Assembly: GCA_033581555.1 (NCBI GenBank)
Contig: JAVQSZ010000001.1
Coordinates: 9,000 to 32,999, forward strand
Reading direction: 5' to 3'
DNA length: 24,000 nt
Source of the DNA: Nitrososphaerota archaeon
GTDB taxonomy: Archaea; Thermoproteota; Nitrososphaeria_A; Caldarchaeales; Calditenuaceae
Below the pieces are notes generated by a model that was not told the origin of the DNA, did not search any database, and saw nothing but the letters and a program-made list of their open reading frames with translations. Positions 22,302 through 24,000 of this stretch are shown in pieces; positions within the stretch are counted from its first letter, which is position 1, and each line of letters begins with the position of its first letter. The position numbers were made by a program, and so were the translations under genes.

Positions 22302-23149
22302 CAGGGATCACCGGAGGAGACCAGCTCGACCAGCTCGCCGGCCGTGAGCGGCACCCTCTCGCACCCGCCCGAGCCGGAGGCCGCGACCGCCCTGTGATAG
22401 ACCTCCGGGACCCTGGGGGGCTTGATCCCGAACTCAGCGCCCGTGTGCCTGAGGAAGAAGTGCTGGGGGCTCCCGTCGAAGGCGATCCTGCCTTCGGAGA
22501 AGACGACGATCCTGTCCACCACCGGGACCAGTAGGTCAAGCCTGTGCTCCGAGACCAGCATCGTCTTCCCTTCGGACCTGCAGTACCCCACCACGAACTC
22601 GAGTATCTCCTGCGCCGAGACCGGGTCGAGCATCGACGTCGGCTCGTCGAGGAGGAGGACCTCTGGCCTCATCGCGATTATCGAGGCGATCGCGAGCCTC
22701 TGCTTCTGGCCTCCTGAGAGCTCCGCGGGATTCTTCTTCCTCAGCTCGGCCATGCCCGTGGCCCTCAAGGCCTCCTCGACCCTCGCGAGCATCTCGTCCC
22801 TGGGCACGCCGAGGTTCTCGAGAGGGAAGGCGACCTCGGCCTCGACCGTCGTCGAGAAGAGCTGCGTCTCTGGGTTCTGGAAGACCATCCCGACCTTCGT
22901 CGCGATCACGTGGACCGGCGTCTCGGCGACGTCGAGGCCGCAGACCCTCACCGAGCCCTGGTAATCGCCCCTATAGAAGTGCGGGATCAGCCCCACGACG
23001 GCCCTCAGTAGGGTCGACTTGCCGGAACCGGTGGGCCCAACGACCAGCACGAGCTCGCCCTCGGAGACCTCGAGGTCCACTCCGTCCAGCGACCAGGCCT
23101 CGGAGCCCTCGTACCTGAACCTGAGTCCCTTCACCTCGATTACCGGCAT
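22301..23149 (-). CDS. ecfA1: ECF transporter ATPase component (first of two)
   Basis: Walker A GPTGSGKST, LSGGQKQRLAIA, and LLLDEPT. I start at ATG 23149 (MPVIEVKGLRF), which overlaps the DHH gene stop as ATGA; the track start at 23206 is less likely. Confidence 0.9.
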   Translation of the reverse strand: MPVIEVKGLRFRYEGSEAWSLDGVDLEVSEGELVLVVGPTGSGKSTLLRAVVGLIPHFYRGDYQGSVRVCGLDVAETPVHVIATKVGMVFQNPETQLFSTTVEAEVAFPLENLGVPRDEMLARVEEALRATGMAELRKKNPAELSGGQKQRLAIASIIAMRPEVLLLDEPTSMLDPVSAQEILEFVVGYCRSEGKTMLVSEHRLDLLVPVVDRIVVFSEGRIAFDGSPQHFFLRHTGAEFGIKPPRVPEVYHRAVAASGSGGCERVPLTAGELVELVSSGDP

Positions 23150-24000
23150 CACTCCTCCACCGGCGTCGGGTTGTATCCGAGCATCCCCCCGATCAGCTCG
23201 ACGCATCTCCTGAAGGCCTCCTCGAGCCCGACGTTGACCCTCGCCCTCGCAGCGGCCGCGTGTCCCCCTCCAGCACCGCCGTACCTCTCTATCAGCGGGT
23301 TGACCAGGTCCCTCACGACGTTGAAGGAGTAGGTCGAGACGACCTCGGACGCGACCCTGAACGTCAGCTCAGATAGGCCGTCGCGCTCGTCGCCGACGAC
23401 CGCTATCCCTGCGCCAGCGGCTAGCAGGACCCTGGCGACCGAGGGCCTGAAGGCGCTGACCCTGGTCAGGGCGATTATCACGTTCTCGCACCTGTAGAGC
23501 CTCGCCCTCTTGATCCCCTTCAACCTCGCGATCCTCTCCGAGTAGTCGGGCGGGACCTCGAGCCTCTCGGCCACCGCGCCCGGCTCCGCGCCGAGCTCGC
23601 CCAGAAGCCCGACCTTCCTGAGGGTCAGCGCGTCAGCGGTCGCGAGCCTCACCGTGTCGTAGTAAGTCCCGAAGTAGAGGGCGGTCGCCTCGTCGGGGCT
23701 TGGATCGTGGCCGGCGAAGACGCAGAGGTCTAGGACGACCTCGGAGCACGACCTGTAGCCCGGGTCTGCGAAGACGTCGGCCGACTCGAAAGGACGCTGG
23801 GGCTGGTGGTGGTCGATCACGGTCAGCCTGCCCGCGGCCCTCGCGAGGGTCTCTCCGAGCTGCGATGGCGACCCCACGTCGACCGCGACGTAGTGGTCCG
23901 AGTCGGGGAGCTCAGCAGTGAGCTCGATCCCGAAGGCCGACGCGAACCTCGCGGCCGAGTCTGAGACCTCTCCCGGGACGTGAACGTGGACCTCCGAGCA
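23149..24000 (-). CDS. DHH/DHHA1 family phosphoesterase (NrnA-like); the 5' end lies beyond the right edge
   Basis: LTVIDHHQ (the DHH motif) and the DHHA1 motif GGGHAAAA. The reading frame stays open to position 24000 (..CSEVHVHVPGEVSDSAARFASAFGIELTAELPDSDHYVAVDVG..), so the GTG at 23877 in the track is probably internal. Confidence 0.75.
   Translation of the reverse strand, partial: CSEVHVHVPGEVSDSAARFASAFGIELTAELPDSDHYVAVDVGSPSQLGETLARAAGRLTVIDHHQPQRPFESADVFADPGYRSCSEVVLDLCVFAGHDPSPDEATALYFGTYYDTVRLATADALTLRKVGLLGELGAEPGAVAERLEVPPDYSERIARLKGIKRARLYRCENVIIALTRVSAFRPSVARVLLAAGAGIAVVGDERDGLSELTFRVASEVVSTYSFNVVRDLVNPLIERYGGAGGGHAAAARARVNVGLEEAFRRCVELIGGMLGYNPTPVEE

Noticed and set aside
1-24000. 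CRISPR arrays, IS elements, integrases, toxin-antitoxin pairs, and restriction or defence genes.
   Set aside because: No spaced direct-repeat array, terminal inverted repeats, transposase/integrase motifs or compositionally foreign block was seen. The only strongly AT-rich stretch (4879-4950) is a 72-nt convergent terminator spacer.

Overview
This is a GC-rich, tightly packed archaeal chromosomal segment. The archaeal assignment rests on split PheRS alpha/beta subunits, a proteasome beta subunit, the HMG-CoA synthase/thiolase/DUF35 operon, an intron-containing tRNA, and TATA-like boxes about 25 nt upstream of many start codons (mostly leaderless genes, frequent TTG/GTG starts). I support about 28 protein genes and 2 tRNAs. 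Left to right: a flavoprotein fragment, a tandem ThyX-like protein, a Cys-phosphatase, prs, a Trm11-type tRNA methyltransferase, a CoA-binding protein, pheT-pheS, OsmC, a wHTH protein, tRNA-Asn (with intron), psmB, a frame-split PUA/EVE-like gene, pdxT, DUF169, tRNA-Arg, a SAM-methyltransferase, the DUF35-thiolase-HMGCS operon, Lrp/AsnC, a membrane protein with a C-terminal RING-like finger, glyS, an ACT protein, homoserine dehydrogenase, and ecfT-ecfA-ecfA preceded by a DHH phosphoesterase. I see no CRISPR array, transposase/integrase, rRNA or obvious defence island, and no convincing multi-gene novel system. The window is mainly housekeeping. The leads worth a second look are single-locus oddities: (1) a polytopic membrane protein ending in a C4HC3 RING-CH/PHD-like finger; (2) a small gene split into two frames exactly at a G_GGC_CCC slippery heptamer; (3) a duplicated ThyX-like protein whose two halves each keep a different part of the ThyX motif; (4) a roughly 400-nt gene-free but GC-rich, hairpin-rich gap between tRNA-Asn and psmB that may encode a structured RNA I cannot name; (5) a homoserine dehydrogenase whose Rossmann motif lies upstream of any canonical start, with a strong Shine-Dalgarno sequence placed before a CUG. 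The many long ORFs antisense to real genes are treated as GC-driven shadow ORFs.
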